Shown piece by piece: positions 40,283 to 52,932 of a stretch of DNA of 64,000 nucleotides (its first letter is position 1; the number at the start of each line of letters is the position of its first letter). Source of the DNA: Eledone cirrhosa (Eukaryota). The translations under genes and the position numbers were made by a program. The notes below the pieces were generated by a model. It saw only the letters and a program-made list of their open reading frames with translations, was not told the DNA's origin and did not search any database. The DNA is taken from NCBI GenBank assembly GCA_964016885.1, contig OZ024744.1:31682001-31746000 (forward strand), written 5' to 3'.

Positions 40283-41662
40283 TAATGGATCCTGTTAAGA
40301 ATCATCCTGTTGAGGGTCTTTGCCACAAGTGACGTCAGTGAGATCCCCCTGTAGTTGTTGGTGTTAGAGAGATCTACCTTCTTTGGCACTGGGACGATGT
40401 TACTGATCCTCCACTGATTCGGGGCAACTCCTTTCTCCAGTGCCTGGTTACAGAACCCCAGGATGATATCAAAATCACACCTCTTCATCACCTCTGATGC
40501 CACTCCATCTTCTCCATGAGCCTTGCCCTCCTTGATCCTCTTCTTGGCTCTCTGAAGCTCCTCTCGGATGGAGGGCTCTGTCTCAATATCCAGTTCTTCA
40601 AACAGCCGCCGTCACTGACTGATGAAAATCTTACAGGCTTATGGAATCCCCAAGAAGATAGTGGACCTGATATCACTGCTCTACACCAACACCAAAGCCC
40701 AAGTCATTACACCTGGTGGGATGACAGAATTCTTTGAGATACTGGCTGGAGCGCTCCAGGCAGGTACATTGGCTCCTTACCTTTTTATCATCGTAGTGGA
40801 CTATTGTATGCGCCTTGCACTGGAGAAACACCAGGACTCTGGCTTTACTGTAACACCGGCTCAGAGCAGGAGAGTTAAGGCGAAAAAGATATCAGATGCT
40901 GAATTTGCCGATGACATAGTTTTGGTGACAAATACAGTGAAGGAGGCAGAGGATTTGATGCAGGAGGTTGAGACTGTGTCGATGAGTGTGGGGCTGAGAA
41001 TGAATGAGACTAAAACAAAATATCTGGTAGAGAATGTTGAGAGGCCAGAGGGGATCAGTAATGTAGGCGGGAAGCCGCTGGAATTGGTTAAGGACTTCCT
41101 GTATTTGGGAGCAAAGATTGGGAATACGGAATATGATGTGGTTGAGAGGAAGAGCAAAGCCTGGGCGGTGTGCTACAGCTTGAGATCGGTGTGGAAGTCG
41201 GACCTTCGTAAAGACCCGAAAATCCGCCTCTTCATTGTTGTAGTAGAGTCTGTGCTGCTGTACGGATCTGAGACTTGGACACTGATCAAGAAACTCACTC
41301 AGATGGTGGATGGGTGCTACACGAGAATGCTGAGGAGGGCTCTGAACATTAATCAGTATACACTGAGGATGAAGAACTCAGAGCTGTATGGAAGCATCCC
41401 AAAAGTCAGCTCAAAAGTGACACAGAGGAGACTGAGTTTAGCTGGACATGCTCACCGACATCCAGAGTTGACATTGCACTCAGTGCTCCTGTGGGAGCCC
41501 CTACATGGACACACTGGAAGAGGAAGACCAAGGTTAACGTACGTTGATGCCCTAAGGACAGACACTAGTTTGTTGGAGACGCAGGACATGACAGCGATAA
41601 TGAGGGACAGAGACCGCTGGAGAGAACTCGTCCATGGATCTCGGGGATTTTACCCACCCTAG
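40283..41662 (+). mobile_element. RTE-type LINE 3' part with an inverted 5' segment (40283-~40620)
   Basis: Plus ORF 40622-41662 LAPYLFIIVVD..EFADDI..FLYLGA..LLYGSETW; minus NIVPVPKKVDLSNTNNYRGISLTS. Confidence 0.88.
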
Positions 41663-41887
41663 AAAAATATATAGGAAAAGAATCAGGAGCCCGACGACTG
41701 AGCTCCGGCGGTTTCGACAGCTACATCCGAACTAACCCAGCTGGGTTAGTTCGGATCTACTGTCGAAACCGCAGGAGTTCAGTCGTCGGGCTCCTGATTC
41801 TTTTCCTATTACCCACTCCTCTACCCTAAGTATCGAGTAGTCTGGTGCGTTATCACACTTTCGTGGTTTCTTATCATACTTCCTTTG

Positions 41888-41940
<53 letters not shown>

Positions 41941-42371
41941 AAAGGTAAACAGAAATAACAACACAATCGGTACAGTATATGGAAGGCATATATTAGGTTA
42001 ACGCTTGATATAGCAGGAAGAGGGTCTTAACGTTCCGGACGCTAGTCCTTTATCAGAAGAAAGAATGAGAAATAAAATAGATTGAGGGGACGGGCGGGAT
42101 GGAATTGGAAAAAAAGTCTTTAGATAAAATAACAGGTCCATTCATGTTGACATCTCTTGCAAAACTGTTGGTGCTGGCGTTTTGTGTATGGTTTATTTTT
42201 TAGAAAAGTGGATGATGGAGCGCGTCTACCTGAAATGGAAAAAATAACCGTTTTGTAAAAAAAGCTATACTTGTGCACGTGCGAAAGCATGTGTGCGTGT
42301 GTGTGTGTGTTATTATACGTCCGTCCCAAGCTATGAAGAAAAGTATGTTAATATAAGGGTGTGTATGCGTG

Positions 42372-42429
<58 letters not shown>

Positions 42430-42433
<4 letters not shown>

Positions 42434-42890
42434 CAACATAAAATACAACAGGAGGAAACATAATAGTACCACTGACGATGTTGCAGATGTGCAACGAAAG
42501 AACTTTGTTAGACTATATATATGTGTTTGTGTCTATATTATATCTGTATTTTTTACCGTTGGTCAGTCAATGGTAACATTGAGGACCGAATAAATTAGAT
42601 TACCGATATAAAAGAGACAGAAGCGAAAACCAACCAAACAGTGAGTGTGTTCTGTTATTAATTCTGGCAATATTATTACACAAGTGGATTGGCAGTATCG
42701 GTAGAGGGTCGGACGCCATGCTTTGACGCAAAGAGTTACGGCCCTTATCATTCTGAGTTAACTTTGCCTTTCATCCTTACGGGGTCGATAAAATAAAGTA
42801 CCAGTAATGTACTGGATAATTGCTGGCCTTGTGCCAAAAGTAGAAACAATATTATTACACAAATATAACCCTCCCCAAGTATAACAATAT

Positions 42891-42892
<2 letters not shown>
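42430..42892 (+). mobile_element. Solo pLTR of the 32331-36579 PLE family, interrupted by a SINE
   Basis: Aligns with ~32625-32907. Confidence 0.88.
42684..42846 (+). mobile_element. Main-family SINE with target-site duplication
   Basis: caatattattacacaa at 42668-42683 and 42847-42862. Confidence 0.9.
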
Positions 42893-42950
<58 letters not shown>

Positions 42951-42955
<5 letters not shown>

Positions 42956-43145
42956 ATCTGAAGTTAGAAGGCCAGAACAATGCAGGTTAGGAGATAGAAT
43001 ATAAATGTAAAAGATAACGCTGACAATTAGTCTTTTACCTTAACTTATTCATATATCAGGTAAACGACTAATTGTCAGCGTTATCTTTTACATTGATATT
43101 CTAGCTCCAAACCTGCATTGTTCTGGCCTTCTAACTTCAGATGTT

Positions 43146-43147
<2 letters not shown>
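42951..43147. repeat. Fold-back hairpin of a PLE pLTR end (~88-bp arms) in (TA)n
   Basis: Left arm matches window bases 1-105; right arm is its inverse. Confidence 0.88.
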
Positions 43148-43176
<29 letters not shown>

Positions 43177-43362
43177 TCAAGCAAACTACCAATTCATTCA
43201 TATATATATATTCTTTGCTTAAACTTTAATCTGTTATTTTAATAAATATATATATATATATATAGTAATAATAATAAATTTGAAAAACTAAAATCCAAAG
43301 AGGGCTCGATAAGGATAAATATATATATCAGATATATAAGAACCGTAGAGCAAATAATAATA

Positions 43363-43412
<50 letters not shown>

Positions 43413-43526
43413 TATATATGTATATATATATATATATATATACACATATGCTTGCTTGGTGGTCACCGATATGTCCAGCTCGTTTGTCTACCAGCAAATC
43501 GTGAAAATAATTATACATCTCGTATG

Positions 43527-43604
43527 TATTTTGTCTGAAGAGGACATGTCTTATTTTATGTTATACATACAACTTTGTATCTTCGAAATATATAAAATAA
43601 AATA
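43527..43604 (+). ncRNA. Hammerhead-like motif upstream of a PLE N-terminal fragment
   Basis: tattttgt CTGAAGA g..c GAAA tatata aA ataaaata. Confidence 0.55.
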
Positions 43605-43639
43605 ACTAGAGATGATATAAAGTATATATCTTCCGTTTA

Positions 43640-44275
43640 TTACTATTACTAGTAGATCTAACGCATATCGTGACACACAGAACTTTGACCTTAAGGAGAC
43701 ATATGGATTTAATACCTACAAATCTCCCCAACCGAACCCTTTGCTCTCACCTTTTCAGACCGACCTTTTCAACCTAGTCAAGGGAGTGAAATTCAAACCT
43801 AGACATAATCGATTCCAACACCAACTCCATAGCAAAATATCAGTACAGAAGCACCAACGATAAACTTGTGCATTCGGACAAAACTGGAAATCTGTATTTC
43901 GCCAACCCTGACAGTTTCTATTCTCTAATTAGTAGTAGCTTGACCTCCACTTATAAAAAGTCCAACCCTTCCATGATCCGCGACGTAAACATGGATGGAC
44001 AAAATATTACCTCCGGCCTCGGTGTATCCTACCGTAAGGAACTTATCGATTCTCGGACCCCTTATTTCACCCTGAAGGATTATAAATCCGACTTCGACTG
44101 CGATACATGCATTAGGCTTATAAACCCGACAAAGTCAGATATAGGGAAGATCAATAAAAATTTTGAATCGCGTTATACCCAAAGTCAAGCAAAACGCGAG
44201 GGTTAACCTTTGGATTAGCACTCAGGAAGTCATCTCTTGGTTTAAGAATATCGAGGAAAAAAGGAATACCACTTT
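43640..44275 (+). mobile_element. Nematis-type PLE RT N-terminal fragment
   Basis: HSDKTGNLY..PYFTLKDYKSDF..IRLINPTKSDIGKI. Confidence 0.8.
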
Positions 44276-44475
44276 CAATGAGGAGAGTTCGGATCTAGCT
44301 ATCGTAACGGCCGGAGGTCTGCCGTCGGTGTCCTGACTCTTTTCATATTACCCACTCTACTACTAGTATTGAGTACTCTGGTGTTTTATGGTCCTCCTGG
44401 TATATATATATATATATATATAACATTTGATCACCAGAAGAGGGGGGTGGAGGTATAAAAGCTAAATTAATATTC

Positions 44476-44574
<99 letters not shown>

Positions 44575-45214
44575 CACATATATACATATACACATATATA
44601 TATGAGTATCTTTGACGAATATTCTATTACATGTTTATTGTCTAGAATTATATTGATGTACATTAAATGTCCGTCTTTTCTTCTTTATCTAAGCCGTATT
44701 AATAGCCGCCATTTTATAAGATATTAAAACGTTTTGACGTGTGTTGGCTTTTGTAATCCTGTTTGACTCTCTGACTTCTGCTTTATTAATTTGGGTATAT
44801 ATGTATATATGTTTATTGTGTGTGTGTGTATGTATGAATGAATCTATGTATGTATATATGTATGTTTATATGTGTATGTATGTGTATATATATATGTCTA
44901 TATGTAATGTGAACTATTTTTCTTTCCATTTCTAAACACCCTCCCCACCCAACCGCACACACACACATATATATATAGAATGCCGTTAGCTTCTTGCTAA
45001 AACAATCTCTATACTTCTCATTTATATATATATATATATATATATATATGGATGTACATACATACATATATTCATACATACACACATACATACATACATA
45101 CATACTTACATACATACATGCATGCATACATACATACACACACACATACATACATGCATACATACATACATACATACATACATACATACATACATACATA
45201 CATACATACATACA

Positions 45215-45245
<31 letters not shown>

Positions 45246-48200
45246 GGCGACCGTTGTGGTCAGTGTCCGATAATCGGACGTGTGTAATTACGGCTTACAT
45301 GAAGGCAACATACCATATATTGGAAAAAGGTTGAGCTACATTACGCGGTAAGATTACATACAATAATTCTACATAAGTGTTTGAACTGTAAGTGTGTTGT
45401 AAAACACCTATTTATATGAACGATACATACACTTATGATATATGAACGATACATATACTTTAACATATAAATGCAACGTTGTTATATTACATTTATAAAG
45501 AAATATAAAAGTAACGTTTTCGATTCAGAAACAAAAATATAAGTGTTTGAACTGTGAATGTTGTGAATATGTTGTAGAACACCTATTTATATGAATGATA
45601 CATAAACTTTAACATATAAATACAGCGTTGTTATATTATATTACATTCGTAAAGGAATATACTAAGTAACGGTTCTTTTTGTTCTCGATTCAAACGATTC
45701 AAGAACAACGTTTAAAACACAGTTGTAGAATTAAAAACTAACTGAAAAGAAATATTACCCAAGCTGTGAATAACTTTAAATTTGATTCTGACAGAACTTT
45801 GTCGTAACTTTTAAAGAAGATCATCGACTATTTAAAAAAAAATAAATACAAAATATTAGTGAATAGACGAACTCATCATGGCAAAAAGTACAAGTCTCCT
45901 TCGACCAAATCGCAATTACAACCGTTGTATACAGTGGAGCTACGAGCTTAACAAAGAATTATATGAAGCATACAAACAATCTGAACCCCAAAAGTTCGGT
46001 TTTATGCAAAGGCTAACAACTTTATGGAACTCCAAACACCCAGAATTAGACTTTTCTCCAAAGCATCTAAATGAACAGGCAAAACGTATCATTAGATGTA
46101 AATTGATACATCTAACGGAATCGAGTGATACTACAAATACAGCCCTTGTAGACAACCACCCCACCTCCACTGACAGACAAAGAGAATGGCCGGCTAAATC
46201 TAACAGTGAACAGCTCACCAACAATTTTGCTGAAATCCATCCCACTTCCACTGAAGAACAGCGAGAAAGGTCAGCTGACTCTAGTAGTAAGTGTCACCAC
46301 ATCAACAACGAGGCTGCAATTCATGACTCTACTGAACAAACAGAGCACCAAAAACTTGTGGGCACCCTACAAGTGATATGGAACGATATGTTTCAAGAGA
46401 TACACAGCCTTAATGTGAGTGACAGACCATACAACACTAGAGTCAGTAAAGAACCCACTAAATTGGAATTGGAAGCGGTGAACGAAATAGCTGGCAATTA
46501 TCTGAAGGCTATACGATCTAAAGGTGTAGAAACGACATTTGAAACGCTCAATGTTTTGTTATATGTTTCAGCTGTCACATTGCTATCATATAACACACAT
46601 CTAAAACCACGCAATCAAGATACAAACAGAAAGCCTGAACCAGCGTGGATGCGAAATTTAAAAACCAAAATTTTGTCCCTGAGACGAAGTATCTCACACA
46701 TCGCAGTCGTTATGAAATGCAACATAGAGAGAAACTTCACACGACACCAGGAAGACCTAAAGAAAAAGTTAGAGAGACGATTTGGAGATACCAAATTTAA
46801 AACTTTGAACTCCAAATTACACCAGTTGAAACAACAACTCACAGCTACAACAGAAAGACTAAAATATAAGTCAACAGCCCATAAACGACAAGTGCTAAAT
46901 AGATTGTTTGCCAGAGATCCTAAATCAGTTTATCGCAGCTTCGGTGGCAAAAGCTCAATCCCTGTAAACGACACCCCTTCAAAAGAACAGGTTGAGAACT
47001 ACTGGAGATCTGTATGGGAAACGGATGACGGATTCAACAGACAAGCTAATTGGCTAAAACAACTGGAACAGGACTACTGCCAACATGTCCAGACAAAACA
47101 ATATGACATAGATGGGTCAATACTGGAAACAGCTCTACAGAAAATGTCGAATAGGAAATCGCCAGGCCCAGACCTCATTACAGGATACTGGTTGAAGAAT
47201 TTCACTTTCTATCGGCAAGATCTCATACGGCTGTTTACAGAAACCATTAAGGGCACACAAGAACTGCCCAGATGGTTATCAACTGCCACTACTCTCCTCA
47301 TTCCCAAAAATAGCCAAACCACCCTTGCTAAAAATTACCGCCCAATTGCCTGCCAAAACATCATGTATAAATTATATACTGGGTGCCTTAACCTGTTCTT
47401 ACAGGATCACTGTGCTACCAACAACATCATAACACCTGAGCAAGCTGGTGGAAAGAGGGAGGTGTGGGGTTGCATAGATCACCTACTAACTAACAAAATG
47501 ATTCAGGAAAAAACAACAAAGAATCGCAGAAACATGACTGTCGTGTGGCTGGACTATCAAAAAGCATTTGATAGTGTACCTCATGGGTGGATTATTAAGG
47601 CTTTACAGTTAGCTAAAGTCCCACAACCATTAGTAGCTGCTGTTGAACGCCTGACCAAGAACTGGTACACCAATTTGATCCTTAGAGGTGAGAAGGAGCA
47701 GGTTAAGACTGATAGGATACATTACCAGAAGGGCATCTTTCAGGGTGATAGCTTGTCAGTACTACTCTTCGTTCTCTCACTGAATCCACTATCTTACCTA
47801 CTCAGGAAACAAGGTGGACAAAGAAGTGGGCCCAGAAGTATCTCCCATCTTTTCTTTGTTGATGACCTGAAGTTGTATGGGCCAAATATCAATGACATCA
47901 ATAAACAATTGGACCTCATTACACAATTTTCAACCGACATCAAAATGAAATTTGGTGAGTCCAAGTGTGCATATTTGGCAGTAAAACGTGGAAGAGCTGT
48001 GCCCTCCTCTAGAAATCTAGATATGAACGGCCTGACAATACAACCTCTGCAGTCAGGTGACAACTACAGATATCTTGGACAGGATGAGAATGTCAGATAT
48101 GATGGACCCATAAATAAGGAGAGAACCAGAACTGAATACCTCAGAAGAGTAAAAAAAATATGGTCATCAGAACTGTCAGCATACAACAAATACATTGCCC

Positions 48201-49470
48201 ACAATACCTATGCTGTGCCAATTCTAACGCCAACATTTGGCCTACTGAACTGGTCATTGCAAGAACTAAGTGAGATGGATGTTAGAACTCGAAAACTTCT
48301 CAGTGTTACTGGGAACTTTAACATCAATGGTGATGTGGATAGGCTATACTTCTCACGCAAGGAAGGTGGCCGGGGTCTAAAATCAATATTAACAACATAT
48401 GAGACCCGGATAGTAACACTGAAGCAACACCTTCAACAGAGGAAAAAGGTTGGCGACCATCTTGCTCAGGTTTATGAGCATGAAAAAAGAAATATCATTA
48501 GAATAGCGACTGATCTGGAGGAGAGATATGGAATAAAGCCTGATATAAATCTCTCACCCAGAGAAATCGGAAGATCCTATTCAATGTTCAAACAAGAAAA
48601 AAAAATTGACCAATTTACAGAGAAAGTTGTGCATGGATACTTGAGGCGTAAAACACAGACCATAGAGGGGATAAACCACTCAAAAAGCCTGGCATGGAGT
48701 TCCGACAAGTTTATGACATCACACCTTGAGGGATATCTCTATGCAATACAGGAACAAGAACTCCCTACCAAATATCTGCTGCACAAAAGAGGAGGGCCAG
48801 CAGCTGACAATAAATGTAGGCTATGTAAAACAAAGATCGAGGATGTAAGCCACATTGTTGCCAGCTGCGAAAGAATGTCATCTCGCTACTACCTCCCCAT
48901 GAGACACGATGGGATAGCTAGAACTATCTGGAACGCACTTCGGAAAACAAAATTAACAACAAACGAGGAAGAATATATTGAGACAGATGGCACTAAGGAA
49001 TACTGGTGGAACCTGAAAATAAAAACTGCCACCAAATTAAAGCACAACCGGCCTGATATTGTAGTTTGGGACCACACACTGAAAACGTGTTCTGTTGTGG
49101 AGATCAGCTGCCCACTTGATGTAAACGTTGTCAGAAAAATACAGGAGAAGGAGAACATCTACGGACCATTGATGAGGAGCTTACAAATCCAGTATCCAAG
49201 ATACACCTTTAGCTTCATACCCATCATTATTGGTGCTACGGGTTATATACCAACCCGCTTGGACCAAAGTATGACCGAACTTGGATTTGCGGACAAAAAG
49301 CGCAGCTCCCTAATTCATAGTCTACAAATGGCTGCGATAGCTGGCACCTTCAAAATATGCAAAACATTCTTGCGATTCAAGGGATGACAATTTCTTTTCT
49401 TTTACAACCTTGCCACCAGGAAGGTGGCCGGTCAAAAAAATATACTCGAAATTAAGAGAAAGAGAAAACA
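45246..49470 (+). mobile_element. Apparently full-length R4/Dong-type (RLE) non-LTR retrotransposon in (TACA)n
   Basis: Single intact ORF; ~630-bp 5' UTR with internal repeats; (TACA)n on both flanks. Confidence 0.92.
45878..49387 (+). CDS. Reverse transcriptase with CCHC zinc knuckle and restriction-like endonuclease (1169 aa)
   Basis: KSPGPD, NYRPIAC, WLDYQKAFDSVPH, GIFQGDSLS, LFFVDDLKLY, YRYLG, CRLCKTKIEDVSHIVASC, RHD, RPDIVVWD..EISCP..K. Confidence 0.95.
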   Translation: MAKSTSLLRPNRNYNRCIQWSYELNKELYEAYKQSEPQKFGFMQRLTTLWNSKHPELDFSPKHLNEQAKRIIRCKLIHLTESSDTTNTALVDNHPTSTDRQREWPAKSNSEQLTNNFAEIHPTSTEEQRERSADSSSKCHHINNEAAIHDSTEQTEHQKLVGTLQVIWNDMFQEIHSLNVSDRPYNTRVSKEPTKLELEAVNEIAGNYLKAIRSKGVETTFETLNVLLYVSAVTLLSYNTHLKPRNQDTNRKPEPAWMRNLKTKILSLRRSISHIAVVMKCNIERNFTRHQEDLKKKLERRFGDTKFKTLNSKLHQLKQQLTATTERLKYKSTAHKRQVLNRLFARDPKSVYRSFGGKSSIPVNDTPSKEQVENYWRSVWETDDGFNRQANWLKQLEQDYCQHVQTKQYDIDGSILETALQKMSNRKSPGPDLITGYWLKNFTFYRQDLIRLFTETIKGTQELPRWLSTATTLLIPKNSQTTLAKNYRPIACQNIMYKLYTGCLNLFLQDHCATNNIITPEQAGGKREVWGCIDHLLTNKMIQEKTTKNRRNMTVVWLDYQKAFDSVPHGWIIKALQLAKVPQPLVAAVERLTKNWYTNLILRGEKEQVKTDRIHYQKGIFQGDSLSVLLFVLSLNPLSYLLRKQGGQRSGPRSISHLFFVDDLKLYGPNINDINKQLDLITQFSTDIKMKFGESKCAYLAVKRGRAVPSSRNLDMNGLTIQPLQSGDNYRYLGQDENVRYDGPINKERTRTEYLRRVKKIWSSELSAYNKYIAHNTYAVPILTPTFGLLNWSLQELSEMDVRTRKLLSVTGNFNINGDVDRLYFSRKEGGRGLKSILTTYETRIVTLKQHLQQRKKVGDHLAQVYEHEKRNIIRIATDLEERYGIKPDINLSPREIGRSYSMFKQEKKIDQFTEKVVHGYLRRKTQTIEGINHSKSLAWSSDKFMTSHLEGYLYAIQEQELPTKYLLHKRGGPAADNKCRLCKTKIEDVSHIVASCERMSSRYYLPMRHDGIARTIWNALRKTKLTTNEEEYIETDGTKEYWWNLKIKTATKLKHNRPDIVVWDHTLKTCSVVEISCPLDVNVVRKIQEKENIYGPLMRSLQIQYPRYTFSFIPIIIGATGYIPTRLDQSMTELGFADKKRSSLIHSLQMAAIAGTFKICKTFLRFKG

Positions 49471-49609
49471 TACATACATACATACATATGGATGTATATT
49501 CATATACAAATATGGGTATAGAGATACTTAGTTTCCTTTACCAATATTGTCGAATAACCTGTCAGTACAGCCCCCTCCCCCCCATATATATATATATATA
49601 TATATATAT

Positions 49610-49699
<90 letters not shown>

Positions 49700-50128
49700 G
49701 AACACTCCTAAATGTAACCAACTGTAAAGGACTAATAATACCGGAAGATGCCCATTACTTTCTTTAATTGGATTTTAAAACAGCACCCAACATTCTCTCC
49801 AAGTCTTAATCGATTTTATTTTCCCCAAATTTTAGTTAGTTTCCTTTGTTAATTTTAGATTGAAGTCTCCTCCCCTTAGAGTTGTGTTTCTCAGAGACCC
49901 AACTCCCATTTCTCTCACCTTTGAAATCCCTGGTTTCCTCCCTTCCACACCCATTGCCATGTAATTATGTTTTACCCAAACACCATATTAACATGAGCAA
50001 GCTTTGCCAACTTTAATGATCGTAGAATCACAAACGAGAGTATATTTGAACTGGCAATTTTTTGTGAACTGTTAAACCGTAATCTCCCTTATTGTTGCGT
50101 ATATTGTTATTTCATTTAATGTGTGTGC

Positions 50129-50316
<188 letters not shown>

Positions 50317-50887
50317 GTGCGTGCGTGTGTGCGTGCGTGTGTGTGTATATATATATATTTATATATATACAATCCTGCCTGTAAAGCTGCACCACAGCTA
50401 ACCAACTTTTCTGTTTACTGACTCCTGCTTACAACCTTTCATACTCTGCCTGTAAATCATGTACTTCCACTGCTTGTGAATTGATGTATCTATGTTTGGT
50501 TTGTTTTTTGATCATGCTGAGCAACACCCTCATTCATTTCTTGCTCTCCTCTCTCAACCTCCTTATGATCTATTGCACCATTTATGTGATAAACTTTTGA
50601 GGTAATTTTTATGATGTAATTTTTTGTGACATTATATGTATCATGTATTGTGTACCTCTCTACTTGTCCTTCTTCCTTGTTCTGGTGACTAGGCTCGATG
50701 GAGCCTGCAACCTTTGATATACTTTTGTTTATAGGGTCTGGTGATTCCTGCCCTAGGGTATGGATGAAACACTGTTAGCAAATAAAACAGTGTGTTTCTA
50801 AGCACTCTTTGTCTATTCCTAAACTTATATATATATATACATATATATATATCGTACTGCCTCTCTGTTTTGGTCCCGTTCCATTTT

Positions 50888-50959
<72 letters not shown>

Positions 50960-51474
50960 GCAAAAGTTCTATTTAAATTGTTGGGATACAACAAGCAAAT
51001 ATTTTTATAACTGATATAAAGCACTCGACAAATATTTGGAGTAGATATACGATATTAATAAATGGAAACTATATTTATAAAACCATATTTATTTCATTAT
51101 ATATATTTCAAGGATACCAAGTTAAATTATGGTATGCCTTCATCTGACAAAATACAATATATAACAGTTTTATAAATAGACATTGACGTTCCCTTTTAAA
51201 AAGTGACCGATGCTTTTGGAGGCCATCAGGATAGTGGTTTGTTTACTTTAGTAAGTCATAGTGTTAAGAGTAAGTAAAAAGATGGAGAGAGAGAGAAACG
51301 TGGAGAAAAGAAAGGGAGAGATAGATAAAGAAAAAGAAGAAAGGAAAAAGAAAAGAGAACAGAGGAAAATAACTTAAAATAACTTAAAATTACTTAAAAT
51401 TATGGAAAGAGAGAAGTGAGGTTATCGATTGGTTTAAAGAAATTAAATATAACTATAATAATAAGTTTATTCAG

Positions 51475-52932
51475 TTGGATATTGCTAACTACTACTCATC
51501 TATCACTCCTAATCTACTGAATAAGGCACTAACTTACGCATTTAAACATACAGACCTAACTAGCAATGAAATGCACATTATATTATCGGCACGGAAAACA
51601 TTAATAGAATTTAATAACCAACTCTGGACTAGGGCAGATAGAAATAATAATTTCGATATAACTATGGGATCTTCAGACTCAGCTCAGGTAACGGACCTTG
51701 TGGGCCTATTTATAATTAATTCTCTACATAGAAAAATACCAGGTGTAACCGGAGGCTTATATCGTGACGACATGCTTTTACTTATAGAAAATAATAGCTG
51801 TGAACTAAATAGAAAAAGAAAACAAATTATACAATTTTTTAATTACCTTAATCTAAAAGTAGAAATAGAGAATAACCATAAAATAGTCAATTTTCTAGAT
51901 GTAACACTAAATCCCAACACATGTCTTCATTATCCATTTTACAAACTAAATGAGAACTTAAATTATGTCAATTTTAACTCTAATCACCCCAGATCCGTTA
52001 AAAATACTATAGTGAACTCTGTTCAAGAACGAATTTCAAGAATTTCATCTAATAAGAATATATTTGATGAAAAAGCGCATTATTACAACGAAGCGTTAGG
52101 TAGAGCTGGGTATAGAAATAAAATTAAATACATCGATAATAATAATATACAAAATAACCAAAATAATAACAACCTTAATTATGGTAACAATTTCAACAAC
52201 TATAATAGAAAATATTACAATAACTCCGAAAGCCGAAAAAGAAATAGAACTAGGAATATATTATGGTTCGCTCCTCCTTTCTCACTAAATATTAAAACCC
52301 CTATTGCTAAACTATTCTTTAAAGCTCTTGACAAACGGTTCCCTAGAACACATAAATATTACTCAATTTTTAATGGACATACTATAAAATTAACTTATTC
52401 TTCCACCAAAAATTTTGCGCAAAATATTAATAGAATTAATAATAGAAATTTAAAACCTAACCAAAATACCAATAATAGCCCAAGCAATATTCAATCGAAT
52501 AACTGTAACTGTAGAAATAAATCCAACTGTCCGTTAAATAACAACTGCTTAGCTAAAAATGTAGTTTATAATTGTAATGTTAAAACTAATTTAAATTCAT
52601 TTAACTATGTCGGTTCTACCTCTACAGAATTTAAATCCCGCTTCAATAATCATAACAATTCTTTTACAGATCCAAACAAAAAATCTTCAACTTCGCTATC
52701 TAGCCTATTATGGGACCTAAAACGAGATAATGTTGAATATTCGCTTATTTGGAATATTATTTCAAAAGCTACTCCTTTTAATTCCTCTTCAGAAAATTGT
52801 GACCTTTGTATGGAGGAAATATTTTTTATATTAAAGACCTACAATTCCCTTAATTTAAGGAATAATTTATTCAGTTGCTGCAGACATAGATTGAACTCAA
52901 CGTTTAAATATAAATATAAATTTAAAATGTAG
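51475..52932 (+). CDS. PLE polyprotein, open C-terminal part (RT core, Cys linker, GIY-YIG)
   Basis: DIANYYSSI, FDITMGSSDSAQVTDLVG, GLYRDD, VNFLDVTL, CNCRNKSNCPLNNNCL, VVYNC..YVGST..KSRFNNH; N-terminus missing. Confidence 0.88.
   Translation: MDIANYYSSITPNLLNKALTYAFKHTDLTSNEMHIILSARKTLIEFNNQLWTRADRNNNFDITMGSSDSAQVTDLVGLFIINSLHRKIPGVTGGLYRDDMLLLIENNSCELNRKRKQIIQFFNYLNLKVEIENNHKIVNFLDVTLNPNTCLHYPFYKLNENLNYVNFNSNHPRSVKNTIVNSVQERISRISSNKNIFDEKAHYYNEALGRAGYRNKIKYIDNNNIQNNQNNNNLNYGNNFNNYNRKYYNNSESRKRNRTRNILWFAPPFSLNIKTPIAKLFFKALDKRFPRTHKYYSIFNGHTIKLTYSSTKNFAQNINRINNRNLKPNQNTNNSPSNIQSNNCNCRNKSNCPLNNNCLAKNVVYNCNVKTNLNSFNYVGSTSTEFKSRFNNHNNSFTDPNKKSSTSLSSLLWDLKRDNVEYSLIWNIISKATPFNSSSENCDLCMEEIFFILKTYNSLNLRNNLFSCCRHRLNSTFKYKYKFKM

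Noticed and set aside
45246-45330. HDV-like ribozyme at the 5' end of the R4-like element
   Set aside because: Only a small hairpin (gtccga-taa-tcggac) is visible; no nested double pseudoknot could be built
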